Below, in pieces: positions 34,703-43,347 of a DNA stretch of 64,000 nucleotides. The DNA comes from Candidatus Nanopelagicales bacterium. Its GTDB lineage: Bacteria > Actinomycetota > Actinomycetes > S36-B12. Positions within the stretch are counted from its first letter, which is position 1; the number at the start of each line of letters is the position of its first letter. Location: assembly GCA_018402235.1 (NCBI GenBank), contig JAGYJJ010000002.1, positions 92,069-156,068 of the forward strand, given 5' to 3'. The translations under genes were made by a program, and so were the position numbers. The notes under the pieces were generated by a model. The model saw nothing but the letters and a program-made list of their open reading frames with translations. It made no database searches and was not told the DNA's origin.

Positions 34703-36321
34703 TCGAGTTCGATCGTGTGTCCATTCGCTACATAGCCGACGGACCGGCCGTACTCGCAGAGGTCGATCTGACCATCATGGAGGGCGAACTCGTCCTCGTC
34801 GTCGGTGCAACAGGATCGGGCAAGAGCACGTTCCTCGGTGCGATCAATGGTTTGGTGCCGCACTTCTCTGGCGGTTACCTCACCGGTGAGGTTCGGATCG
34901 ATGGGCGCGCTACCTCACAGCATCGCCCGCGCGACCTAGCCGATCTCGTGGGAGTCGTTCCACAAGATCCGCTGGCGAGTTTCGTCACCGATACCGTCGA
35001 AGAGGAACTCGCGTACACCATGGAGTGCTTGGGAATCGCACCCGATGTGATGCGCCGTCGAGTCGAAGAGACCTTGGATCTCCTCGGTTTGGAGGAACTT
35101 CGCGGACGACCACTTCGAACGCTGAGCGGTGGTCAACGCCAGCGGGTTGCGATCGGCGCAGTACTCACCGCGCACCCGAAGGTCCTGGTGCTGGATGAAC
35201 CGACCTCGGCACTGGACCCGGGTGCAGCCGAGGAGGTTCTAGCCGCACTGCACCGCTTAGTTCACGACCTGGGCGTCACAGTGGTTCTTGCCGAGCATCG
35301 CCTTGAGCGCGTGGTTCAGTACGCCGATCGTGTCATTGCGCTCCCGGGACCTGGAATCAGTCCGATCATCGGTGAACCATCGCTGGTTATGGCTACCGCC
35401 ACCATCGCACCGCCCGTAGTGCACCTCGCTCGCACAGCGGGCTGGAATCCCACGCCGATCACCATCCGAGATGCTCGACGGCAAGCCGAACCGTTGCGTC
35501 AGTTACTCAGCGGGATCACCCCACCGGTCCGCGTCGTTCCCGATAGTTCGACCGTTGCGTCATTGGAGGCACTCGTCGTCGCCTATCCCGACGTTCTCGC
35601 CTTGAAGGGTGTGAACTTGTCGATCAGGCGAGGTGAAATCGTCGCGCTCATGGGGCGCAATGGCGCAGGGAAATCCTCATTGCTCAATTCCCTCGTGGGG
35701 ACGATCCAGCCATCGGCTGGGCGCATCAGCGTCGATGGCCGCGACCCCCGATCGTTGTCGGGTCCAGAACTCGTCCGTCATATCGGACTCGTACCCCAAG
35801 ACTCCGGTGATCTTCTCGAGGCGAGCACTGTCTTCGATGAGTGCGCCGCTTCCGATCGCGATGCGCGTTGTGCACCCGGCACTACGCGCGCGATTGTGGC
35901 TTTGCTTGCACCGGAGGTCCTGGACACCACGCACCCGCGCGACCTCAGCGAGGGGCAGCGCCTACTTCTAGCCCTAGCGATCATCCTTGCTGCTCGCCCG
36001 GCGCTGATCTGTCTGGACGAACCGACACGCGGCTTGGACTATCACACCAAGCAGCGACTCACCGAAATCATCACCGACCTTGCCGAGACCGGACACGCCA
36101 TCGTGCTCGCCACGCACGACGTGGAACTCACCGCAGAATTGGCCACGCGGGTTGTCATTCTGGCCGACGGTGAGGTAGTTGCCGATGGGCCCACCGCTGA
36201 GATCACCACCGCATCGCCGATGTTCGCACCTCAAGTGGCCAAGGTCCTGGCCCCTGGCCATTGGCTGACTGTCGGCCAGGTGCGCACTCGCGCTGACAGG
36301 CGAAGTCCAGGAGAACTCGGC
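34699..36321 (+). CDS. duplicated ABC ATPase (EcfA-EcfA' fusion). As sequenced there is no in-frame stop, so it reads through into the S-component ORF
   Basis: RBS AAGGAGG precedes GTG 34699. There are two Walker A motifs (GATGSGKST, GRNGAGKSS), two signature motifs (LSGGQRQR, LSEGQRLL) and two Walker B motifs (LVLDEPT, ICLDEPT). The +1 frame near 36281-36325 ends ...ALALTGEVQENSA-TGA, overlapping ATG 36322. Confidence 0.8.
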
Positions 36322-37188
36322 ATGAAGCAACGAGCCCTCTTCCGGACACCGCGAGCAATCCCCATCGGCGGCCGATCCGCTATCGCGATCGCATTCGCCA
36401 GCGCACTCGGCATCGTGGCCTTCGGGTGGCCGTTCCTAGCTGTGCCCGGATCCACACTCGTCGCGCATGCCGACGATGCTCCGCTCATCTTCGCAGTCTT
36501 GCTACCCGTGATCTTCCTTGTGGTGCTGGCGCAGTTTGCCGACGGCGCTATGGACGCGAAGTCCGTCGCCTTGCTGGGAGTGCTTGCTGCGGTTATCGCA
36601 GCACTGCGCCCTCTCGGTGGTGGGGTAGCAGGCATTGAACCCATCTGGGCCATCTTGATTCTGGGTGGCTTTGCTCTCGGTCCTGGTTTCGGATTCGTGC
36701 TGGGAGCGATTTCTTTGCTCGCGTCGGCCCTGATCACCGGTGGCGTGGGCCCGTGGCTTCCCTTCCAGATGTTCGCCGCAGCGTGGATCGGTTTGGGGGC
36801 GGGGCTTCTCGCGCAACTTCCCTCGGTTCGCAGGCTTGCCCAGGCTCATCCGTGGCGGGAGGTGGCGCTTGTGGCCGGTTACGCCGCGGTTGCCGCGGTC
36901 GCTTACGGCTTCGCCTTGAACCTATGGTTCTGGCCGTTCACCGTGGATTTGGCCCCACAGATTGCCTTCTCACCAGGTGCACCCATTTTGGACAACGTGC
37001 TCGCCTGGCTTCGATTCAGTGCCATTACTTCCTTGGGTTTCGATATTCCCCGGGCGATTCTCGCCGCGGGCTTGGTGTTGGTGGCAGGGCGTGGCATTTT
37101 GCTAGCGCTGCGTAGAGCGAGCCGGCGAGCGGCCTTCGATGCTCCGGTGTCGTTCGATTCCACCTCGGAGAAAGTAAGCGCCACTTAA
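36322..37188 (+). CDS. ECF-type substrate-capture (S) component-like polytopic membrane protein (288 aa if initiated at ATG 36322)
   Basis: Sequence begins MKQRALFRTPRAIPIGGRSAIAIAFASALGIVAFGWPFL, with about 6-7 hydrophobic helices. It is the last gene of the operon. Confidence 0.6.
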   Translation: MKQRALFRTPRAIPIGGRSAIAIAFASALGIVAFGWPFLAVPGSTLVAHADDAPLIFAVLLPVIFLVVLAQFADGAMDAKSVALLGVLAAVIAALRPLGGGVAGIEPIWAILILGGFALGPGFGFVLGAISLLASALITGGVGPWLPFQMFAAAWIGLGAGLLAQLPSVRRLAQAHPWREVALVAGYAAVAAVAYGFALNLWFWPFTVDLAPQIAFSPGAPILDNVLAWLRFSAITSLGFDIPRAILAAGLVLVAGRGILLALRRASRRAAFDAPVSFDSTSEKVSAT

Positions 37189-37195
37189 ACGCCAC

Positions 37196-37618
37196 TTAAA
37201 CGTCGTGCGCGTCAGTTTCCACAAGGGCGCGGGTGACCGGCGGCGCCAGCGCAAGGACAAGGCCCACCGCGCCAACCACAATCAGCGCAATACCCGCGCG
37301 CTGCGTTCCAACATCCGGCGCACTGGCAAGGGGAATGCCCACCACCAGCGCCAATAACTGGGCCACGATGAACGGAGCGCGCGCGCCGTACTTGACTCCC
37401 CACCAGCCTCGTGCCACGAACAGCAAGCCAACGCCCAACACCGCGAAGATCACGATTTGCAAGATCAGCGCGGGCAGGTTGGACACTTCCTGCGGACCGG
37501 TGATGCCGACGGTGAATCCCTGCACGATGTCGTAGACCGCGTAGCCGATGAGCCCCAGGCCCTGGATCACTGCGATGATGGCAAGCGCAATGAGAAACGG
37601 GTGTCGGGGGCCGGTCAC
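37196..37618 (-). CDS. small integral membrane protein (~140 aa, about 4 TM helices), function unknown
   Basis: The hydrophobic ORF has its start placed at GTG 37618 (VTGPRHPFLIALAIIAV...). The longer track ORF would overlap the divergent lipid kinase start. Confidence 0.5.
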   Translation of the reverse strand: MTGPRHPFLIALAIIAVIQGLGLIGYAVYDIVQGFTVGITGPQEVSNLPALILQIVIFAVLGVGLLFVARGWWGVKYGARAPFIVAQLLALVVGIPLASAPDVGTQRAGIALIVVGAVGLVLALAPPVTRALVETDAHDV

Positions 37619-37620
37619 GA

Positions 37621-37646
37621 CTACGAGCCTAGATCTAGGCTCGTAG
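37621..37646. promoter_or_regulatory. perfect 26-bp palindrome CTACGAGCCTAGATCTAGGCTCGTAG, occupying nearly all of the 29-bp gap between divergent start codons
   Basis: Seen directly. It ends 1 nt before the lipid kinase ATG (37648). Confidence 0.6.
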
Positions 37647-37647
37647 C

Positions 37648-38625
37648 ATGCGGGCGCTGTTAGTTGTGAACCCTCGGGCCACGACAACGTCGATAGCTAC
37701 CGCCGACGTAATCGTGGGTGCCCTCGCCAACGAACTCGATCTCGAGGTCACCTTTACGACCCACCGCGGGCACGGAGTCGATCTGGGCCACTGGGCGTTG
37801 GACAACGAACTTGACGCAGTTATCGCCCTCGGCGGCGACGGCGTGGTCAACGAAGTCGTGAACGGCATCTTGCGCGATGGCCCCGGCCCGAGGGTGCCGG
37901 CCCTCGGGGTGATTCCCGGCGGTAGCGCAAATGTGTTCTCACGAACATTGGGCGTACCGAACGATCCTGTGGAGGCCACCGGGGCCGTGTTGCGATCGGC
38001 ACGCGAAGGCAAGTTCCGTCGGATTGGCGTGGGGCACGCTCACTTCGACACCTCGGCGCGGTGGTTCGTGGTGAACGCTGGACTCGGCTTAGACGCACGC
38101 ATCATCGCCACCATGGAACAGCAGCGACGTTCCGGAAAAAGAGCCTCGCCGGGGCGCTACCTGATTACCACGATTCGTGAATACGTGCGGAACAAGGGCT
38201 CGCAACCTATGACTCTCACCAGGCCCGGTACAGCACCCATCGAGGACGTCCTGGTCACGATCGTCCAGAACACCTCCCCATGGTCGTACTTCGGAACAGT
38301 CCCGATCGATCCGTGTCCGCACGCTTCCTTCGAGACCGGGCTGGACGTATTCGCACTTCGCAGTCTGGGTCCGCTCACCACGGCACGGGCTGCTACACGT
38401 TTGCTATCCAGGTCCGGAGGCGGCAGTAGCCGGCCCACCCGAGGCCGGCGCCCTGGTCGCCCGGGCACGATTGTGGTCTGGCACGACCAGGCGACATTGC
38501 AGTGCGCCACCAAGGATCCCTTCGCTGTAGTCCCCCTTCAGATCGACGGAGAAGGTTTGGGGATGACCGCAACGGTCACCTTCGTGTCCCATCCCGATGC
38601 GCTACTGGTGATGGGCTCGGCCTGA
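37648..38625 (+). CDS. diacylglycerol kinase catalytic-domain lipid kinase (YegS/Rv2252/BmrU-type, Rv3218-like position)
   Basis: MRALLVVNPRATT and VIALGGDGVVNEVVNG (GGDG motif) are present in a 325-aa ORF. Confidence 0.8.
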   Translation: MRALLVVNPRATTTSIATADVIVGALANELDLEVTFTTHRGHGVDLGHWALDNELDAVIALGGDGVVNEVVNGILRDGPGPRVPALGVIPGGSANVFSRTLGVPNDPVEATGAVLRSAREGKFRRIGVGHAHFDTSARWFVVNAGLGLDARIIATMEQQRRSGKRASPGRYLITTIREYVRNKGSQPMTLTRPGTAPIEDVLVTIVQNTSPWSYFGTVPIDPCPHASFETGLDVFALRSLGPLTTARAATRLLSRSGGGSSRPTRGRRPGRPGTIVVWHDQATLQCATKDPFAVVPLQIDGEGLGMTATVTFVSHPDALLVMGSA

Positions 38626-38652
38626 TTGCACGAAACGGACATTCCTCACACT

Positions 38653-38668
38653 TGTGACCAAAATGACA
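38653..38668. promoter_or_regulatory. CRP/FNR-type site candidate TGTGACCAAAATGACA upstream of whiB1
   Basis: It has one mismatch to TGTGA-N6-TCACA and lies about 207 nt upstream of the whiB1 ATG. M. tuberculosis whiB1 is known to be CRP-regulated. Confidence 0.3.
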
Positions 38669-38874
38669 AGACCGATCGTCGAAACCTGGTCATTTGGGGT
38701 TGTGCCGGCGGCCCACCTCTGCGACCCTAGAGGCGCCCTAAGTCGGACTGATTGGGTCGCCTTCCTCCGAGGGTTCCGGGGAGATCCCCCCTACCCCTCA
38801 CTGTCGGGCCCGATCGTGAAGGCTTTCACGAGTGCCGGAGATCCCGGCGCCCACCACCCTTGGAGTGATCACGC

Positions 38875-39129
38875 ATGGACTGGCGCCACGAGGCAGCCTG
38901 CCGTGACGAAGACCCAGAATTGTTCTTCCCAATCGGCAACACCGGCCCCGCCTTGATCCAAATCGAAGAGGCGAAGGCCGTTTGTCGGAGTTGCCCTGTC
39001 GTGGATGAATGCTTGCGGTGGGCATTGGAGTCCGGCCAAGACGCCGGCGTGTGGGGCGGTCTCAGCGAAGATGAACGTCGGGCCCTGAAGCGTCGTAACG
39101 CCCGCCTGCGCGCCCGGACCAACGTCTAG
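38875..39129 (+). CDS. whiB1: WhiB-family Fe-S transcription factor, WhiB1-like (84 aa)
   Basis: Sequence is MDWRHEAACRDEDPELFFPIGNTGPALIQIEEAKAVCRSCPVVDECLRWAL...GVWGGLSEDERRALKRRNAR. The four Cys residues and the GVWGG turn are present. Confidence 0.9.
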   Translation: MDWRHEAACRDEDPELFFPIGNTGPALIQIEEAKAVCRSCPVVDECLRWALESGQDAGVWGGLSEDERRALKRRNARLRARTNV

Positions 39130-39164
39130 CCTTTCTTCGAGTCTTCCTAAGCTTTCGAAACTCC

Positions 39165-40649
39165 CTACGGAAGTGGCACGCCGAGCACCGCTCGGGTGCC
39201 GTAGTCCTCGGCTGCGAATTCGAAAGTTCCCGACAACTCCGTTTCGACCAGCGATGTGACGATCTGCAGCCCGAGGCCGTGCTCGGCCTGCGCATCCATG
39301 CCGGTGCCATCGTCTCGAACCGTGATTCGCAGGAGTCCGGGGTCGCGGGTTGCTCCCACCTCGATGAAGGTTCCTTGGGAATGCTGGACCGCGTTGTGGA
39401 CGAGTTCAGAGACGCACATTGCTAATGGTGTTGCCACTTCGGCAGGAAGCCGGCCCGCATCCCCCGATCTTTCAAGCGTGAAGCCGTGCCGGGGATCATC
39501 CACGGCAACCGTGAACAAGGCCCGCACGATGTGGTCGAAGTCCACCGACTCGCCCGGATCGTCCTCCTCCCCCGTCGACAGCGCCTCGTGCACAACCGCG
39601 ATGGATGCCACGCGCATCTGAGCATCGGCCAGCGCCGTACGCACCGCTGGGTCTTGCGAGCGCCTCGACTGGAGTCGCAGCAGCGAGGCAACGGTTTGCA
39701 GGTTGTTTTTAACCCGATGGTGGATTTCGCGGATCGTCGCGTCTTTTGACAGCAAGGCACGTTCACGCCTTCGGATGTCCGTGGTGTCGCGCAGCAGCAG
39801 AAGGGCTCCATCGGCTGCGCCACTTGCCTTGGAAAGTGGCACCGATTTCAGCAACACCGTTGCTGCCGGGGTCTCGATATCGGCGCGCCCGGCCACCTTG
39901 CCTCGAGCAAGGTCGGCAACCGCGGCATCGGACGCTCCCCGACGTTGCATGAGTCGAATGACAACACTGGCAAAGTCGGCGCCCACAACGTCGGTCGCTA
40001 GTCCTAATCGTCGCAATGCGCTCACCGCGTTAGGGCTGGCGTAGGTGACAGTCCCTGCGGAGTCGAGTCGGATGACGCCATCACCTATTCGTGGTCGTCC
40101 GCTCACTCCTGTGACCGTCTCCACAACGGGGAAAGCACCAGTGACCAGCATCGAAAAGAGCGCATCGGCAGTTGAGAGGTAGAACTCCTCCAGCTGGCCG
40201 GCAACCCGAGGTGCCGTCGACGTGTGACGAACCACCACGCCGATCACGTCCCGGTCTCTACCGGCACTCCCCTCCTCATCCCGGGAACGTCCAGCCGAAC
40301 TGGGTCGATGGATCGGATACGCCTCAATTCCAGTCGGCACCAACGGTGTCGAGAGCTCACGCGTGTGGATCGCTCGTCCGAAGGTGAAGGCCTGGTCGAT
40401 GGCTGCAAGCCGGCCCCGCGGACTGAACTTGCCGACCACGTCTTCTGGGACACTCGTCGGCGCAGTGGTCGGTCGCACATGGGCAACAGCCACGGCGCCG
40501 GCGTCGTTCCAGGTCGGCACCCACAGAACAAGATCGGATAGGGACAGGTCAGCGAGCAGCGACCAGTCTTCGACCGTGGCAGTCAAGTGCTCCAGATCCT
40601 CCGGTGAGAGATCCGTACGCTCTTTGACCAAACGTGCAGGTATGGGCAC
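39165..40649 (-). CDS. pdtaS: PdtaS-type sensor histidine kinase (GAF/PAS N-terminus, HisKA_2 H-box)
   Basis: The H-box EIHHRVKNNLQTVASLLRLQ and the ATPase motifs ELVHNAVQH and DDGTGM are present. The start is uncertain. GVG 40649-type GTG start (VPIPARLVKERTDL) is preferred because it avoids overlap with the divergent TPP gene; the track start is GTG 40718. Confidence 0.8.
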   Translation of the reverse strand: MPIPARLVKERTDLSPEDLEHLTATVEDWSLLADLSLSDLVLWVPTWNDAGAVAVAHVRPTTAPTSVPEDVVGKFSPRGRLAAIDQAFTFGRAIHTRELSTPLVPTGIEAYPIHRPSSAGRSRDEEGSAGRDRDVIGVVVRHTSTAPRVAGQLEEFYLSTADALFSMLVTGAFPVVETVTGVSGRPRIGDGVIRLDSAGTVTYASPNAVSALRRLGLATDVVGADFASVVIRLMQRRGASDAAVADLARGKVAGRADIETPAATVLLKSVPLSKASGAADGALLLLRDTTDIRRRERALLSKDATIREIHHRVKNNLQTVASLLRLQSRRSQDPAVRTALADAQMRVASIAVVHEALSTGEEDDPGESVDFDHIVRALFTVAVDDPRHGFTLERSGDAGRLPAEVATPLAMCVSELVHNAVQHSQGTFIEVGATRDPGLLRITVRDDGTGMDAQAEHGLGLQIVTSLVETELSGTFEFAAEDYGTRAVLGVPLP

Positions 40650-40672
40650 GGAACACAAAGTAGCGTGGCACG

Positions 40673-42391
40673 GTGTCCGAATCTGCTCCGCTCGCCGCGG
40701 GAGATAGCCAAGAGCCACGCCACGGAGGTCACCACACGGTGGATGCCGCCGTGCGCCACGGCGCTCAAGCCCTGTTCACCTTGTCCGGTGCCCACATCTT
40801 CCCGCTGTTCGACGCCGCTGTCGGAGGCTCCGATGCCGTCACGGCCGCGAGCAGTACCCGGCAAGCCGAACGGTCCGGCCCCTTGCGCCTGATCGACGTT
40901 CGCCATGAGCAAACCGCCGTATTCGCTGCTGAAGCCGTCGGCAAACTCAGCCGGACACCAGGATTCGCAGCCGTGACCGCTGGACCCGGAGTGACCAATG
41001 CAATGAGTGCCGTTACCGGTGCCTGGATGAATGGCAGTCCGTTGGTTCTCATCGGCGGTCGGGCCCCGAACTATCGGTGGGGCTCAGGTGCGCTGCAAGA
41101 ACTCGATCACGTCCCCTTGCTAGCCCCCGTTACCAAGCGTGCGTGGACCATCCACGACCCAACAACCACCGAATCCGACGTGGCTGCGGCGTTCGCCTTG
41201 GCTGCATCCGCGCATCGAGGACCGGTCTTCATCGATATACCCATGGACGTCCTTTTCACGCCGGCCGCCGCCTCACCTGGGGTAGCAGAAACCACTCCCG
41301 AAACGCAGGCGGTCACCGGATCGGTTGAACGTGCCGGTGAAACCCTCGCCGCAGCAATACGCCCGGTGCTCATCATCGGATCGGATGTGTGGGCTGGCGA
41401 CGCCATCCATACGGTGCAGCACTTGATCGAGCGAGCACAAATCCCGACCATCCCCAATGGGATGGGGCGAGGAGTACTGCAGCCCGACAACCCGCTTCTC
41501 GTGACACGTGCCCGCTCGCAGGCACTCAAAGACGCCGACGTAGTGGTCGTGATTGGTGCCCCGCTGGATTTCCGACTCGGATACGGTCGTTTCGGTGGGG
41601 AACAACCAGCCACCGTCATCCACCTGATCGACTCACCGACCCAGATCGCCTCACATGTGCCCGACGCACTGACGCTCACCGGCGATCTGCGCAGCTCGTG
41701 CGCCGAACTTCTCGATGCAGCCATCCATGCGGGCTTGAACCCCCACGCTTGGCAATCGTGGTCACAATCTCTGCACGAGACATCGCTGCAGGCATGGCGG
41801 GCAGACGATGCGATCTTGCACTCCGAGCAGACTCCGATCCATCCGGCACGGATCTACGGTGAGATTAGATCCCGGCTAGCCGCCGACGACATCGTGATCG
41901 GCGACGGTGGCGATTTCGTCTCCTTCGCCGGCCGCTTCATCGAGCCACAAGAACCTGGATGCTGGCTGGATCCTGGCCCCTTCGGTTGCCTGGGAACCGG
42001 ACCGGGGTACGCCCTGGGTGCACACGTCGCCCGTCCCCACTCGCACCCGTGGCTGCTGATGGGAGATGGGGCTGCCGGGTTCTCCCTCATGGACGTGGAA
42101 TCCCTCGTTCGACACAAGGTCCCGGTGACCATGGTCGTCGGGAACAATTCCGGTTGGGGCCTTGAGCGCCATCCCATGCGCTTCCTCTACGGCTACGACG
42201 TCATAGCGGACCTTCCGGCCACCAACTACGACGACGTTGTTCGGGCACTCGGCGGCGCTGGCGAGACGGTCACCGATCCCGCGAACATCGGGGCAGCATT
42301 GGATCGGGCTCGAGATTTTCAGGGCCCTTACTTGGTCAACATTCACACGGATCCGGAAATCGCCTATCCGCGATCGACCACCGGCGTCTGA
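40673..42391 (+). CDS. thiamine-pyrophosphate enzyme of the acetolactate-synthase-like family (IlvG/Rv1820-like, 572 aa)
   Basis: VTAGPGVTNA is present, along with the TPP-binding motif GDGAAGFSLMDVESLVRHKVPVTMVVGNNSGWG. Confidence 0.75.
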   Translation: MSESAPLAAGDSQEPRHGGHHTVDAAVRHGAQALFTLSGAHIFPLFDAAVGGSDAVTAASSTRQAERSGPLRLIDVRHEQTAVFAAEAVGKLSRTPGFAAVTAGPGVTNAMSAVTGAWMNGSPLVLIGGRAPNYRWGSGALQELDHVPLLAPVTKRAWTIHDPTTTESDVAAAFALAASAHRGPVFIDIPMDVLFTPAAASPGVAETTPETQAVTGSVERAGETLAAAIRPVLIIGSDVWAGDAIHTVQHLIERAQIPTIPNGMGRGVLQPDNPLLVTRARSQALKDADVVVVIGAPLDFRLGYGRFGGEQPATVIHLIDSPTQIASHVPDALTLTGDLRSSCAELLDAAIHAGLNPHAWQSWSQSLHETSLQAWRADDAILHSEQTPIHPARIYGEIRSRLAADDIVIGDGGDFVSFAGRFIEPQEPGCWLDPGPFGCLGTGPGYALGAHVARPHSHPWLLMGDGAAGFSLMDVESLVRHKVPVTMVVGNNSGWGLERHPMRFLYGYDVIADLPATNYDDVVRALGGAGETVTDPANIGAALDRARDFQGPYLVNIHTDPEIAYPRSTTGV

Positions 42392-42796
42392 TTAGCCAGC
42401 GAACGAATCGCGGAAATCATCGCGGTCTACAACAACGCGCGTAATCTGTCCGCGCCCAATCGACTCAACGACCTCTCCAGCGGCCGTTACGTGGTCGGCG
42501 TGAACGTCAAAGACGATGCGCGAACCATCGATGGCAGACACCCGAACGCGTGCGGTCACGCGTGCTCCCATGGGTGTGGGGCGGCGATGCACGATCTGGA
42601 TGGAGGTGCCCACACTTGTCTGCTGGGGTTCTAAACATCCTCGCAGCGCTTCGCATGTGGCTTCCTCCAAGAGCGCGAGGAGTCGTGGCGTAGCCAGAAC
42701 CGGGACGTCGCCACTACGCACAGCTATCGCGGTGTCCTGGGAGCCGACAACCATTTCGGATACGCCGCTGGCTCCGATTTCGATGGCGTTACTCAT
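42392..42796 (-). CDS. hotdog-fold thioesterase family protein (134 aa)
   Basis: Size and pattern (VLATPRLLALLEEA...VGTSIQIVHRRPTPMGARV) resemble FlK/4HBT-like thioesterases. The stop abuts the convergent TPP gene stop. Confidence 0.55.
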   Translation of the reverse strand: MSNAIEIGASGVSEMVVGSQDTAIAVRSGDVPVLATPRLLALLEEATCEALRGCLEPQQTSVGTSIQIVHRRPTPMGARVTARVRVSAIDGSRIVFDVHADHVTAAGEVVESIGRGQITRVVVDRDDFRDSFAG

Positions 42797-42814
42797 GATG
42801 TCCCCAGTAGTTCA

Positions 42815-42838
42815 TGCGTCAATGCGTCAATGCGTCAA
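42815..42838. repeat. 8-bp tandem repeat TGCGTCAA x3 spanning the stop codon of the biotinyl-domain gene
   Basis: Seen directly. The minus strand reads TTGACGCA x3, and the TGA stop at 42829-42827 lies inside the middle copy. Confidence 0.85.
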
Positions 42839-43045
42839 TGAGACCAGCGGGTCTCCTTCTTGCACCACATCGCCTGCTGCGACGAGGATCTCGACCACGG
42901 TTCCTGCCTTTTCGGCGAGCACCGGGATCTCCATCTTCATGGACTCCAAGACAACCAATATCGTGCCCGCCTCAGCCGAGTCGCCGACGGCCACCGCAAC
43001 ACTATGTACAGACGCAACCATCTCTGCGTGGACGGTGTGGGCCAT
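42827..43045 (-). CDS. small biotin/lipoyl-attachment domain protein (TB7.3/Rv3221c-like, 72 aa)
   Basis: The motif VLESMKMEIPV (biotinyl-Lys) is present, and the gene sits next to rshA-sigH. Confidence 0.8.
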   Translation of the reverse strand: MAHTVHAEMVASVHSVAVAVGDSAEAGTILVVLESMKMEIPVLAEKAGTVVEILVAAGDVVQEGDPLVSLTH

Positions 43046-43056
43046 GGTCGCGGAGC

Positions 43057-43347
43057 CTACTGCGCCGGGTCTGAGTCGCTGCCCGCCAAGCCATCAAGAG
43101 TCAGCTGGGCCCGAATCCGAGCGTGCAACGAAACCGGTGCACCTGGCGCACCCGTGGCAGTGGCCGCCCTGACGATAAGGGCCTTGACGGTGCGTTGCGC
43201 CTGTTCTTGCTGCTCACAGGGCGGGCACTCGGTGATGTGTACGGATATGAGGTGGTATTCCTGGGCACCCACTTCACCATCGACGTACGCGCTGAGCAAA
43301 GCCACGATTTCGGTGCAGGGGGTTGCGTGAGGGCGTCCGCAACTCAT
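43057..43347 (-). CDS. rshA: zinc-associated anti-sigma factor (ZAS), RshA/RsrA-like
   Basis: The HxxxCxxC motif ([10 protein letters not shown]) and an N-terminal Cys are present. The start overlaps the sigH stop. Confidence 0.85.
   Translation of the reverse strand: MSCGRPHATPCTEIVALLSAYVDGEVGAQEYHLISVHITECPPCEQQEQAQRTVKALIVRAATATGAPGAPVSLHARIRAQLTLDGLAGSDSDPAQ

Noticed and set aside
38654-38956. 100-aa + ORF upstream of and overlapping whiB1
   Set aside because: It runs into the whiB1 start in another frame and has no RBS. The region is the whiB1 promoter and 5' UTR.
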